This document shows, piece by piece, positions 27,683-37,281 of a stretch of 40,359 nt of DNA. The position numbers and the translations under genes are program-made. The stretch lies in NCBI GenBank assembly GCA_964454175.1, contig CAYVSA010000008.1, positions 1-40,359 of the forward strand. The letters are read 5' to 3'. How positions within the stretch are numbered: the first letter of the stretch is position 1; every line of letters starts with the position of its first letter. The DNA is from an uncultured Pseudomonadota bacterium. GTDB lineage: Bacteria; BMS3Abin14. The notes beneath the pieces are model-generated. The model did not search any database. It saw nothing but the letters and a program-made list of their open reading frames with translations, and had not been told where the DNA came from.

Positions 27683-28396
27683 TCACCACAGGTCAAGAAG
27701 CCTGCCCAGGGCATCCAGGTCGCCGGAAAAATCCGGATCAGCAGCAGGCTCCTGTCTGTCGATCATGTGTGTTGTGGCAAGGAAAGTCTTCATGCCTGTC
27801 CTCCCTGCAGCCATATCATGTGACAGATCGTTGCCTGCCATCAGACACCGTTCGGGGGGAATGTGCAGAGCGCCTGCCAGATCTGTAAAATATCGTGCTT
27901 GAGGTTTACAAAACCGTGTGGATTCCATGTCTGCGATTATCTCGAAGTGCACCGGGGGGATCCTGCACCACTTCATCCTCTCAAGTATCGCTTCTCTCGG
28001 GAAAATGGGTGAGGTAGCGAGAACAAGCGCAATTCCCTCGGCAGAGGCTGCCTCGACGAGCCTGGCAGCGCCTGCTACAGGAGTTCCATGTCTCGAAAAC
28101 CCGGGGAATATGTCACGGTAAAAAGAACTGAACCTGTCTTTAGCTGTTGACTCAGGTACTCCTGTGGTGCTGGAAAAATATGAATAGAAGATATACTCAT
28201 TATTCTGTCCATCTTTCCTTGGAGCAACTGTGAGTTCCCTAATGCTTCCGGAAAGCCCTGCTTTGAAAAGGTCCCCGGGAACGAGGTCTTCAAAGTAGCT
28301 CACCATGGAATCAGTCATAGTCCGCAGAAAAAAAGAAACCTCGATGTCCAGAAGTGTCCCATCGAGGTCCAGAAGCAGCGCTTCTATTTTATTCAT
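27683..28396 (-). CDS. HAD-superfamily hydrolase
   Basis: LLDLDGTL motif I, ATSP, KP, GNDLSHD motif IV. Confidence 0.88.
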   Translation of the reverse strand: MNKIEALLLDLDGTLLDIEVSFFLRTMTDSMVSYFEDLVPGDLFKAGLSGSIRELTVAPRKDGQNNEYIFYSYFSSTTGVPESTAKDRFSSFYRDIFPGFSRHGTPVAGAARLVEAASAEGIALVLATSPIFPREAILERMKWCRIPPVHFEIIADMESTRFCKPQARYFTDLAGALHIPPERCLMAGNDLSHDMAAGRTGMKTFLATTHMIDRQEPAADPDFSGDLDALGRLLDLW

Positions 28397-28427
28397 AGTA
28401 GTTGATCTGTCGGCTGGCGGCAGACCG

Positions 28428-29672
28428 TCAGGGTCTGAACTTCCTGAAGGCCACGCAGGAGTTGGTTCCGCCGAAGCCGAAAGTATTACTCATAGCAACC
28501 TCAACTTCTACATCCCTTGCCTCATTCGGCACATAATCCAGATCGCACTCGGGGTCGGGTTCCTCGTAGTTGATCGTGGGAGGGACCCGGTCGTTCTTCA
28601 CTGCAAGAACAGAGACGACGGCCTCAACGCCACCGGCTGCTCCAAGAAGGTGGCCGATCATGGATTTGGTTGAACTGACGGGCACGTTATAGGCAGCCTC
28701 ACCGAAAACGGATTTGATCGCCTGAGTCTCGTACATGTCATTGTAGTAGGTACTGGTACCGTGGGCATTGATGTAGCTCACGTCCTCAGGATCTATACCC
28801 GCATCCTTCAGGACATTTCGCATGCTCTGAGCCGCTCCGGTGCCCCCTTCCGACGGGGCGGTGATATGGAACGCGTCTCCCGACATACCGAAGCCTGAGA
28901 CCTCCGCAAGGATATCTGCGCCCCTTGCAAGTGCGGATTCCATCTCTTCCAGAACCAGGATGCCTGCCCCTTCCCCCATGACAAAACCGTCTCTACCCTT
29001 GTCGAAGGGACGGCTGGCACGCTCAGGTTCGTCGTTGCGCCTGGAAAGTGCTTTCATGGAGTTGAAACCGGCAAAAGCCAGCGGGGTAATGGTCGATTCA
29101 GCACCACCGGCGATCATAGCATCGGCATCGCCGTACTGGATCATCCTGAAGGCGTCACCAATGCAGTGTGTACCCGTCGCACAGGCCGTTACGACACAGC
29201 TGTTGGGGCCTTTGGCCCCCGTCATTATGGATATCTGGCCAGAGGCGAGGTTGGCGATAACCATGGGGATAAAGAAAGGCGAAATCCTCCTTGGGCCGGA
29301 CTTGGAGAGCACCTCGGCATATTTTTCGATATGCGGGAGACCTCCCAGACCAGCACCGACGCAGACGCCCACCCTTTCCTCGTTGGTCTCATCCACCGTA
29401 AGCCCTGACTGTTTGAGGGCTTCCATGGCAGCGAAGATGGCAAACACGATGAACGTGTCCATCTTCTTGAGTTCCTTCCGGTTGATCAGATCCTCGGGGT
29501 TCAGTCCCTTTACCTCGGCGGCGATGTGGGTACCAAATGCCTCCGGGTCAAATTTGGTTATGGGACCTGCACCCGATTTTCCCGCAAGGAGATTCTCCCA
29601 GCTTTCAGCCGCATCGAGACCGACGGGTGTTACAGCTCCTAACCCTGTGACTACAACTCTTCTCTTCACCAA
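28428..29672 (-). CDS. fabF: 3-oxoacyl-ACP synthase II
   Basis: [33 protein letters not shown] motifs. Confidence 0.97.
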   Translation of the reverse strand: MVKRRVVVTGLGAVTPVGLDAAESWENLLAGKSGAGPITKFDPEAFGTHIAAEVKGLNPEDLINRKELKKMDTFIVFAIFAAMEALKQSGLTVDETNEERVGVCVGAGLGGLPHIEKYAEVLSKSGPRRISPFFIPMVIANLASGQISIMTGAKGPNSCVVTACATGTHCIGDAFRMIQYGDADAMIAGGAESTITPLAFAGFNSMKALSRRNDEPERASRPFDKGRDGFVMGEGAGILVLEEMESALARGADILAEVSGFGMSGDAFHITAPSEGGTGAAQSMRNVLKDAGIDPEDVSYINAHGTSTYYNDMYETQAIKSVFGEAAYNVPVSSTKSMIGHLLGAAGGVEAVVSVLAVKNDRVPPTINYEEPDPECDLDYVPNEARDVEVEVAMSNTFGFGGTNSCVAFRKFRP

Positions 29673-29681
29673 ATTATCTCT

Positions 29682-29912
29682 TTAGCTTTTCTCCGTGATG
29701 TAATTTATAGCATCCTGAACGGTAAGGATCTTCTCTGCGTCCTCGTCCGGGATCTCCAGATCAAAGGACTCCTCAAAGGCCATCACCAGTTCCACGACGT
29801 CCAGAGAGTCAGCGCCCAGGTCATTGACGAAGTGGGAAGATGTATCGACGGTGTCGGCGTCCTGGTTGAGCTGTTCGGCAATAATCTCCTTCACTTTTGC
29901 TGTAACATCCAT
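29682..29912 (-). CDS. acpP: Acyl carrier protein
   Basis: [14 protein letters not shown] phosphopantetheine site; GGAGG RBS. Confidence 0.98.
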   Translation of the reverse strand: MDVTAKVKEIIAEQLNQDADTVDTSSHFVNDLGADSLDVVELVMAFEESFDLEIPDEDAEKILTVQDAINYITEKS

Positions 29913-29957
29913 ATTTTCCTCCTTATAGGCCTGTTTACAGTTTCAGCTATTTACCGG

Positions 29958-30695
29958 TTACATGTACATTCCGCCGTTAACGGCGATTAATTGTCCTGTT
30001 ATATACGAGGCGTCATCTGACAAAAGGAACATCACTGCTGAAGATATATCGTCCGGAGTCCCCAGACGCGGTATGGGTATCTGGCTGATCAGCATGTCCC
30101 TCGCTTTTTCCGATATCGAGTCCGTCATTGCCGTTTGAATGAACCCGGGTGCCACGGCATTGACGGTAATATTCCTCTGTGCAACCTCTCTTGCAAGGGC
30201 TTTGGTAAAACCGACTACGCCGGCCTTGGAAGCTGCATAGTTGGTCTGCCCAATATTGCCCATGGCTCCGACAACGGAGGAAATATTTACTATCCGGCCG
30301 AACCTTTGTTTGATCATATGACTGACTGCCGTTCGGGAGCATAGATAAGTCCCGTTGAGATTAACATTTATCACCGCATTCCAGGCATCATCCTTCATTC
30401 TCATAAGAAGGCTGTCTCTGGTGATACCGGCGTTGTTGACAAGGAAGTCGATCCTTCCAAAGGTGTCGATGGTCTTGCCGATCAGTTCTTCCACGCTCGC
30501 GGCATCGGCGACGTTCACCTCGCAGGGGATCGCCTTTACGCCTGCAGCAGCAGCTTCCTCAGCAGCCTGCGCTGCTGTATCCAGGTTGATATCAGCAGAT
30601 ACGACGTTTGTCCCGGATGATGCCAGCGAAAGCAGGATGGCCTTGCCGATACCCTGCCCGCCGCCTGTAACTACACCAACTTTTTTCTCGCTCAT
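29958..30695 (-). CDS. fabG: 3-oxoacyl-ACP reductase
   Basis: TGGGQGIG, NNAGITRD, YAASK, VAPGFI motifs. Confidence 0.96.
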   Translation of the reverse strand: MSEKKVGVVTGGGQGIGKAILLSLASSGTNVVSADINLDTAAQAAEEAAAAGVKAIPCEVNVADAASVEELIGKTIDTFGRIDFLVNNAGITRDSLLMRMKDDAWNAVINVNLNGTYLCSRTAVSHMIKQRFGRIVNISSVVGAMGNIGQTNYAASKAGVVGFTKALAREVAQRNITVNAVAPGFIQTAMTDSISEKARDMLISQIPIPRLGTPDDISSAVMFLLSDDASYITGQLIAVNGGMYM

Positions 30696-31636
30696 TACCC
30701 ATTCTCCTCAGCCATTGCAGCGGCGGCATCGAACTCGTCCGGGATCCCGAAAGATACAGCCTGGGCGGTCTTTTCTATGCGCCGCATCAAACCCGACAGG
30801 ACCCTGCCCGGACCCAACTCCAGGAAGGCATTGACCTCTTCCCTTAACAGACGCCGGATAGTATCCTCCCACAGCACAGGAGAGGTTATCTGCCTGATCA
30901 GGGAGGGTGTTATCTCGGCCGCCGAGGTTAGCGAAGCCGCTTCAGCGTTGTTTATCAGAACGGTCTTCGGGCTGTCAATGTTAATGTCGCTCAGTACCTC
31001 CTGCATCCTGTCAGCAGCAGGCGTCATCAAGCTGCAGTGAAACGGCGCACTTACGGGAAGTAATACTCCCCGCCTGCCGCCCCGCTCCTTGAACAGGGCA
31101 AGCGCTTCTTCCACCCGGCTGCTGTTTCCTGCGATAACGATCTGTCCTGGAGAGTTGAAGTTAGCCGGCGTCACAAGGCCCTTTTCATCTGTTAGTTCTT
31201 CACAGATCGCTGTTATTTCTTTCCTGTCCAGACCCATCAGGGCGGCCATCGCTCCCCTGCCGGGCGGCACAGCGTCCTGCATGGCCCTTCCCCTCTCGCG
31301 CACGGCCATGAGGGCGTCGGCAAATGATATGCTGCCGGCTGCCACAAGTGCTGAATACTCTCCAAGGCTGTGGCCTGCTACGAACGCAGGAGTGAGTTCG
31401 GCCTGGTCATTCAGGGCCCTTAAGGCAGCAACGGACACCGCGAGTATTGCCGGCTGGGTATTTTCCGTGAGCATCAGGTCTTCTGCCGGCCCGGAAAAAC
31501 ACATTCTGCTTATGAAGAACCCCAGGGCGTCGTCTGCTTCCTCGAGTGTGTGTCTGGCCGAAGCTGACCATTCTGAAAGATCCTTACCCATTCCAACAAA
31601 CTGCGACCCTTGACCGGGAAAGAGAAGCGCCAGCAT
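30695..31636 (-). CDS. fabD: Malonyl-CoA:ACP transacylase
   Basis: FPGQGSQ, GHSLGEY, VSAPFH, ELGPG motifs; start overlaps the etfA stop (TGATG). Confidence 0.96.
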   Translation of the reverse strand: MLALLFPGQGSQFVGMGKDLSEWSASARHTLEEADDALGFFISRMCFSGPAEDLMLTENTQPAILAVSVAALRALNDQAELTPAFVAGHSLGEYSALVAAGSISFADALMAVRERGRAMQDAVPPGRGAMAALMGLDRKEITAICEELTDEKGLVTPANFNSPGQIVIAGNSSRVEEALALFKERGGRRGVLLPVSAPFHCSLMTPAADRMQEVLSDINIDSPKTVLINNAEAASLTSAAEITPSLIRQITSPVLWEDTIRRLLREEVNAFLELGPGRVLSGLMRRIEKTAQAVSFGIPDEFDAAAAMAEENG

Positions 31637-32841
31637 CAGGAACCGCTCCTCGCCTGTTTGATAGTCCTCACAAGATCGGGAATAACATCGAAAACATCTC
31701 CAACCAGACCGTAGGTCGCAACGTCAAAGATCGGAGCGTCAGGGTCCTTGTTGATGGCTACGATAATTTCTGATGACTGCATCCCCGCAAGATGTTGAAC
31801 CGCACCTGATATTCCGCAGGCAATGTAGAGCTTGGGCTGAACCGTCTTGCCGGTCTGTCCGACCTGGTGAGAATAGGGCACCCACCCGGCATCGACAACC
31901 GACCTCGATGCTCCCACAGCGCCGTCCAGCAGCACAGCCAGTTCCCCTATCAGTCCGAATCCCTCGGGATCTTTCATGCCCCGTCCGCCCGAAACAATAA
32001 CATCGGCCTCGGCAAGGTTTACGGTGTCCATGATCTCCTCGACAACCTCCAGGACCTGCGCACCCCTGTTGCCATCCAGGTCTCCGATACCCTGAAGAAT
32101 GTGTACCTGCCCCTCGCGGCTGTCGTCGGGTTTTGAGGGTATCAGGACCTTGGGCCTGACGGTTGCCATCTGCGGCCTGTGATCGGGGCAAATGATCGTT
32201 GCCATGATGTTCCCGCCAAAAGCGGGCCGGGTCTGAAGCAGGTCGCCTGTCTCACCGTCGATGGAAAGTGCGGTACAGTCAGCAGTCAGCCCCGCATCCA
32301 CCTTGGTGGCAACAGATGGCATGAAGGATCTGCCCATGGAAGTCGCCCCGGCCAGGACCACTGAAGGCTTTCTGTCTCTGATAAGTCTGGAAAGGGCCAT
32401 AGCGTAGGGGCCGTCATTAAACATGGCCAGATCCGGGTCATCCACGTACAGCACTTCGTCGGCCCCGAAGCGGATGAGTTCTCTTGCTGATTTTTCCATG
32501 TCGTGGCCCAGAAGAACGGCAGTCAGCTTCTCACTGCTCGTGTCGGCCAGCTTCCTGCCCTCCCCCAGAAGCTCCATGGTTACGCCCGCTACTTTTCCGG
32601 AGCGCTGTTCTGCAAAGATCCAGACACCGCTGAACGAACCCTTGTCGATCACTGGAACTGCGGTGTCGGATTCCTCGTTTATTATCGCCTCTTCCGGGCA
32701 GGCTTCGATACAGGCCATGCACATGGTACATTTTTCGTTTATCCACGCCTTGCCGTCCACCATTTCGATAGCATCAAATGGACACGACTCGAGGCAGGCT
32801 TCACAGCCCGTACACATATCCTTAATGACAACTACCGCCAT
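31636..32841 (-). CDS. etfA: Electron transfer flavoprotein large subunit with N-terminal 2x[4Fe-4S] ferredoxin domain
   Basis: CTGCEACLESCP and CTMCMACIEACP; GLTADCT, RPAFGG, SGGRG, QVGQTGK, GISGAVQH motifs. Confidence 0.95.
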   Translation of the reverse strand: MAVVVIKDMCTGCEACLESCPFDAIEMVDGKAWINEKCTMCMACIEACPEEAIINEESDTAVPVIDKGSFSGVWIFAEQRSGKVAGVTMELLGEGRKLADTSSEKLTAVLLGHDMEKSARELIRFGADEVLYVDDPDLAMFNDGPYAMALSRLIRDRKPSVVLAGATSMGRSFMPSVATKVDAGLTADCTALSIDGETGDLLQTRPAFGGNIMATIICPDHRPQMATVRPKVLIPSKPDDSREGQVHILQGIGDLDGNRGAQVLEVVEEIMDTVNLAEADVIVSGGRGMKDPEGFGLIGELAVLLDGAVGASRSVVDAGWVPYSHQVGQTGKTVQPKLYIACGISGAVQHLAGMQSSEIIVAINKDPDAPIFDVATYGLVGDVFDVIPDLVRTIKQARSGS

Positions 32842-33011
32842 AACATTTCGTCTCCCGTTGCTGAAATTTTCCTGATCTTATATTTGCCTGTATGTGATCC
32901 GGGTTATCAAAGCAGGATGATCTCCCCGTCCGGAACGCAGGAAAGAATTATCAAATGTCATGAGATCCGGCAGACTGATCAAAAAACACTCCAGCCCTCG
33001 GATCTGCAGGA

Positions 33012-33797
33012 TCAGACGAGCTTCTGTTCTCTGAGGGCCGCGACCAGCTTTCCCGCTAGTTCCCCGGACTCACCTTCCCACTTCACCCCGGTTCTCTTGA
33101 GGTTCGGGGAAAAGATCTTTACAACCCGTGTGGGAGAGCCGTCCAGGCCGATCTTGATATCTTCAACATCGAGGTCTGCTCGAGTGAGTTTCACGATTTC
33201 GCATTTCCTGGACCTCATCTTACCCTTGAGGGACGGGATCCTCGGCTCGTTGATCTCCTTGACAACCGTTATCAGACCGGGGACGGGCAAACTGAGGACT
33301 TCGTATCCGTCCTCGTACATACGCTCAAGGATTATCCCCTGGTCCTTGACTTCTCTGATCTTCCTGACAAAGGCGACATAAGGTATGCCCAGCTGTTCCG
33401 CAAGGGAAGGCCCTACCTGCGCGGTATCTCCATCAATAGCCTGCTTCCCGCACAGGACAAGGTCGAAATCACCCATATTGCGAATGGCAGCAGCGAGTGT
33501 ATAGGAAGTTGCCCACGTGTCGGCCCCGGCAAATGCCCTGTCAGTGACCAGGAAGGCCTCGTCGGCTCCAAGGGAAATCGCCTCGCGGAGGGCATCTTCC
33601 GCCTGGGGCGGTCCCATTGACAGGACTTTAACTGTACCGCCGTGCTCCTCCCTGAGCCTTATTGCCTCTTCAATGGCATAAAGATCAAAGGGGTTGACGA
33701 TGCTCTCGACACCCTCCCTGACCAGCGTATTGGTTTCAGGATTGATCTTGACTTTCGTCGTATCCGGAACCTGCTTGATGCAAACTACAATTTCCAT
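33012..33797 (-). CDS. etfB: Electron transfer flavoprotein small subunit
   Basis: CIKQVPDT, NPFDLYAIE, DRAFAGADTWAT, GKQAIDGDTAQVG motifs. Confidence 0.95.
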   Translation of the reverse strand: MEIVVCIKQVPDTTKVKINPETNTLVREGVESIVNPFDLYAIEEAIRLREEHGGTVKVLSMGPPQAEDALREAISLGADEAFLVTDRAFAGADTWATSYTLAAAIRNMGDFDLVLCGKQAIDGDTAQVGPSLAEQLGIPYVAFVRKIREVKDQGIILERMYEDGYEVLSLPVPGLITVVKEINEPRIPSLKGKMRSRKCEIVKLTRADLDVEDIKIGLDGSPTRVVKIFSPNLKRTGVKWEGESGELAGKLVAALREQKLV

Positions 33798-33894
33798 CTA
33801 AAACTCCTGCTCATCAGTTGTCAGGAATTGACTTTCCGCACCATGAGTCCGGTCCATTTGTTTTCCGGTGTCCACGGTTGCCTGTTTACCAACA

Positions 33895-33922
33895 TGGGTC
33901 CTGGTACCTGGGACAAGGGCCG
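33895..33922. repeat. Short degenerate 7-nt array (4 units)
   Basis: tgggtcc tggtacc tgggaca agggccg just downstream of the acyl-CoA dehydrogenase stop. Confidence 0.4.
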
Positions 33923-33932
33923 AGTTGCATTA

Positions 33933-35093
33933 TCACAACTTCTTTTTCGCATATTCCTTGATGAGAGCTGCACCTATGACGTTCCTCTGGATCTGGTTCG
34001 TTCCCTCGTAGATCTGAAGGATCTTTGCATCCCTCATCATCTTCTCGACCGGGTATTCCCGCATGTAGCCATAGCCGCCCAGGACCTGAACGGCGTCAAT
34101 GGTAACTTTCACTGCAGTGTCCGCCCCGAGAACCTTGACCATTGCAGACGATTTTGAAACATCGGATGCCCCACTGTCGACATAACGAGCAACGGCCATT
34201 GTCAGGGCCCTGGCAGCCTCGGTCTGAATAGCCATATCCGCCAGCATGTGCTGGATAGCCTGGAATGAGATTATCGGCTGGCCGAACTGATGGCGCTCCC
34301 GGGCGTAATCAACAGCAACGTCCAGCGCTGCCTGGGAGACACCTACGCCCTGAGCGGAAATACCAGGCCTTGAAAGGTCCAGGGTCTTCATTGCGATGAG
34401 AAACCCCATACCCTCACGACCGATCCTGTTCTCCTCCGGTATCCTGCAGTCTTCGAAAACCAGTTCCCTGGTAGCTGAGCACCTGATGCCCATCTTTTTT
34501 TCTTTCTTTCCAAAGGAAAAACCCGGCGTACCCTTCTCAACGATGAACGCGGAGGCTCCCCTTGCTCCCTTTTTCTTGTTGGTGATCGCGATAACGGTAT
34601 ATATCTCGGCTTCGCCGCCGTTGGTGATCCACTGTTTGGTCCCATTCAGTACGTAAGAGTCACCATCTTTTACAGCAGTAGTCCGGACTCCACCGGCATC
34701 GCTCCCCGCATCGGCTTCAGTGAGGCCGAAGGCACCAAGGCGCTCGCCGGAAGCTATCTGGGGCAGGTACTTCTTCTTCTGTTCCTCTGTCCCAAAGAGA
34801 ATAATGGGATAGGACCCAAGGCCGGAGGCTGCAAAACTCACAGACACGCCAAGACATCCGCGGCTGAGTTCTTCCACAGCGATAACGCTCTCCACAACAC
34901 CGCCGCCGAAACCCCCGTACTCTTCCGGAATGTGCAGCCCGAAAAGATCAGACTGAGCACAGGCCTTAACAGCATCCCACGGGAACTCCTCCGTTTGATC
35001 CAGTTCTGCCCGGACGGGAAGAATTTTTTCCTCGGTGATCTGCCTGGCGATCTCCTGGACAGCTTGCTGTTCCTCTGTAAGAAAGTAGTCCAT
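33933..35093 (-). CDS. Acyl-CoA dehydrogenase family protein (butyryl-CoA dehydrogenase/CarC-like)
   Basis: FGLTEADAGSD, NGTKQWITNG, RHQFGQPI, GGYGY, IYEGTNQIQR (catalytic Glu); GGAGGAGG RBS. Confidence 0.95.
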   Translation of the reverse strand: MDYFLTEEQQAVQEIARQITEEKILPVRAELDQTEEFPWDAVKACAQSDLFGLHIPEEYGGFGGGVVESVIAVEELSRGCLGVSVSFAASGLGSYPIILFGTEEQKKKYLPQIASGERLGAFGLTEADAGSDAGGVRTTAVKDGDSYVLNGTKQWITNGGEAEIYTVIAITNKKKGARGASAFIVEKGTPGFSFGKKEKKMGIRCSATRELVFEDCRIPEENRIGREGMGFLIAMKTLDLSRPGISAQGVGVSQAALDVAVDYARERHQFGQPIISFQAIQHMLADMAIQTEAARALTMAVARYVDSGASDVSKSSAMVKVLGADTAVKVTIDAVQVLGGYGYMREYPVEKMMRDAKILQIYEGTNQIQRNVIGAALIKEYAKKKL

Positions 35094-35165
35094 ATCCTCC
35101 TCCGTTGTCTGGCTGGTTCAATCTAATCCGATATTCAAGGATCTTTAACCCTGGACTCTAAAATA

Positions 35166-36143
35166 TCACCATCTGATCAGGGCCGCACCCCAGGTTAGCC
35201 CGCCCCCGAAGGCTTCCAGAAGTACAGTGTCTCCCCCCTTTATCAGGCCTTTTCGTACAGCTTCGTCCAGAGCCAGGGGTACTGAAGCCGCAGAGGTATT
35301 GCCGTGTCTCTGGATGGTCTGTACGACCTTGTCTTCAGAAAGCTTCAGCTTTTTGGCCGTAGCCTTGATTATCCTCAGATTGGCCTGATGGGGTACCAGA
35401 AAATCTATGTCCTCTTCGGTGAGCCCATTACTTTCAAGAGCTTCATCGACAACCTCACTCAGCTTTTTGACGGCCACCCTGAAGGTTTCGTGGCCTTTCA
35501 TTTTTACGGTATTGAGCTTCTTGTCGATAACCTCGTAGGATGGCGGCATTCTGGATCCGCCGCCTGGCGCAAAGAGAAGGTCCATCAGCGATCCATCGCA
35601 GTGCAGATGGGTTGAAACTACCTGTGAATCGCCCTCACCCGGGGCCAGAACGGCCGCTCCGGCTCCGTCGCCGAACAGGACACATGTCGATCTGTCGTCC
35701 CAGTTGATATACCGTGAGAGGACCTCCGCCCCCACAACGAGAATGTTCCTGTACATGCCTGTCCTGATGAACTGATCACCAACCGAGATCCCGTAAATAA
35801 ACCCGGTGCAGGCAGCTTCAAGATCAAAAGCTGCCGCTTTCGCTGCACCAATGTTTTTCTGGACCAGCGCGGCAGTGGAGGGGAAAAAATGATCCGGCGT
35901 TATAGTTGCGACGATGATCAGATCAAGGTCAAGCGGCCCGATCCCGGCCATTTCCAGAGCTCTTCTGGAAGCTTCTGTGGCCAGATCGGATGTCGCCTGT
36001 TCCGGCGAAGCAATGTGCCGCTGCTCTATCCCTGTTCTTGATACTATCCACTCTTCTGTTGTGTCTACCATCTTCACCAGGTCGGCGTTCGTGAGTACTT
36101 TTTCGGGAAGGTAGGATCCCGTTCCTGCGATCATGCTCCTCAC
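35166..36143 (-). CDS. fabH: 3-oxoacyl-ACP synthase III
   Basis: AACTGF, LFGDGAGA, PHQAN, GNTSAAS, FGGG motifs. Confidence 0.97.
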   Translation of the reverse strand: MRSMIAGTGSYLPEKVLTNADLVKMVDTTEEWIVSRTGIEQRHIASPEQATSDLATEASRRALEMAGIGPLDLDLIIVATITPDHFFPSTAALVQKNIGAAKAAAFDLEAACTGFIYGISVGDQFIRTGMYRNILVVGAEVLSRYINWDDRSTCVLFGDGAGAAVLAPGEGDSQVVSTHLHCDGSLMDLLFAPGGGSRMPPSYEVIDKKLNTVKMKGHETFRVAVKKLSEVVDEALESNGLTEEDIDFLVPHQANLRIIKATAKKLKLSEDKVVQTIQRHGNTSAASVPLALDEAVRKGLIKGGDTVLLEAFGGGLTWGAALIRW

Positions 36144-37258
36144 GATTTATCCTTCTCACCCGTACCGTCTGCGACTTCAGCCTGCTCAACAAGCCCGAGA
36201 TCAAGTTTCTTGTCCTTGAGATGTTCTATGACCTGGTGAACTTTCTCTCCGACAGTCTGTTTCAGGTCGGCGCTGCTTTCCACTTCCTGTCTCACGCTCT
36301 CAGAGACCCGCGCACGAGCATAGCCGGCGGTAGTGATAATGGCATTCTTGATCGCACGGGCGTTGGATCGCCCGTGAGAGATCAGGCCCAGGCCATCGAT
36401 CCCCAGAAGAAGCGCTCCCCCGTATTCAGCGTAGTCGAACCTGCGTTTGAACTTTCTCAGTGCAGGCCGCATGAATAGGTAACCGAACCTGCCGAGAAGA
36501 GAGGACTTGATCTCGTCCTTGAGGCGCATGCCCAGGGTGTAAACGACACCCTCTGCCACCTTGAGCGCAACATTCCCCACGAAGCCGTCGCAGACAACTA
36601 CGTCCACCTTATCCTGAAAAATATCCCCCCCTTCGACGTTCCCAATGAAGTTTAGATCGCTTTTCATCAGAACACCGAAAGTGGTTCGTACGACCTCGTT
36701 ACCCTTGCCAGCCTCTTCACCGTTGCTCAGCAGCCCCACCCTGGGGCTGTTGATATTCATGGTTTTTTTTGCCAGAGCATTTCCCATGAAAGCAAACTGG
36801 ACCAGGTTGTGGGACTTGCAGTCCACATTGGCGCCCGCATCCAGCAGGACCACGCTTCCACTATGTGTCGGGATGATTGAGCCGATAGCAGGCCTCTCAA
36901 CATTGGGCAGCAGTCCAAGGACAAAGATCCCTGCGAGCATCGCCGCACCTGAGTTGCCAGCGGAGATAGCAGCGTTGGCCTCGCCTGATTTAACCAGCTC
37001 GAATGTCCTCAGGATGGAAGAATCACGCTTTTTCGCCAGCGCTTTTCGCGGCGTTTCATCCATGCGGATGACTTGCGAAGCGTGCTTTATGAGAATACGC
37101 CCTTCCGGGAAACTGGCCCGCTGGACCATCGGCTCCAGGATCTCACGGTCACCGACGAGGATCACGTTGCACTCGTGATCTCTCACCGCAAGGACCGCAC
37201 CCTCTAAAACGGCCTGGGGGGCAAAATCTCCCCCCATTGCATCGATGGCTATTTTCAC
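36140..37258 (-). CDS. plsX: Phosphate acyltransferase PlsX
   Basis: DAMGGD, AGNSGA, DAGANVD, CDGFVGN, HGRS motifs. Confidence 0.96.
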   Translation of the reverse strand: MKIAIDAMGGDFAPQAVLEGAVLAVRDHECNVILVGDREILEPMVQRASFPEGRILIKHASQVIRMDETPRKALAKKRDSSILRTFELVKSGEANAAISAGNSGAAMLAGIFVLGLLPNVERPAIGSIIPTHSGSVVLLDAGANVDCKSHNLVQFAFMGNALAKKTMNINSPRVGLLSNGEEAGKGNEVVRTTFGVLMKSDLNFIGNVEGGDIFQDKVDVVVCDGFVGNVALKVAEGVVYTLGMRLKDEIKSSLLGRFGYLFMRPALRKFKRRFDYAEYGGALLLGIDGLGLISHGRSNARAIKNAIITTAGYARARVSESVRQEVESSADLKQTVGEKVHQVIEHLKDKKLDLGLVEQAEVADGTGEKDKS

Positions 37259-37281
37259 AACAGCGACTCAGAGCTCAAGGG

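Noticed and set aside
28840-29685. 281-aa plus-strand ORF
   Set aside because: Antisense shadow of fabF
32503-33381. 292-aa plus-strand ORF across etfA/etfB
   Set aside because: Antisense to two conserved genes, with no RBS or motif
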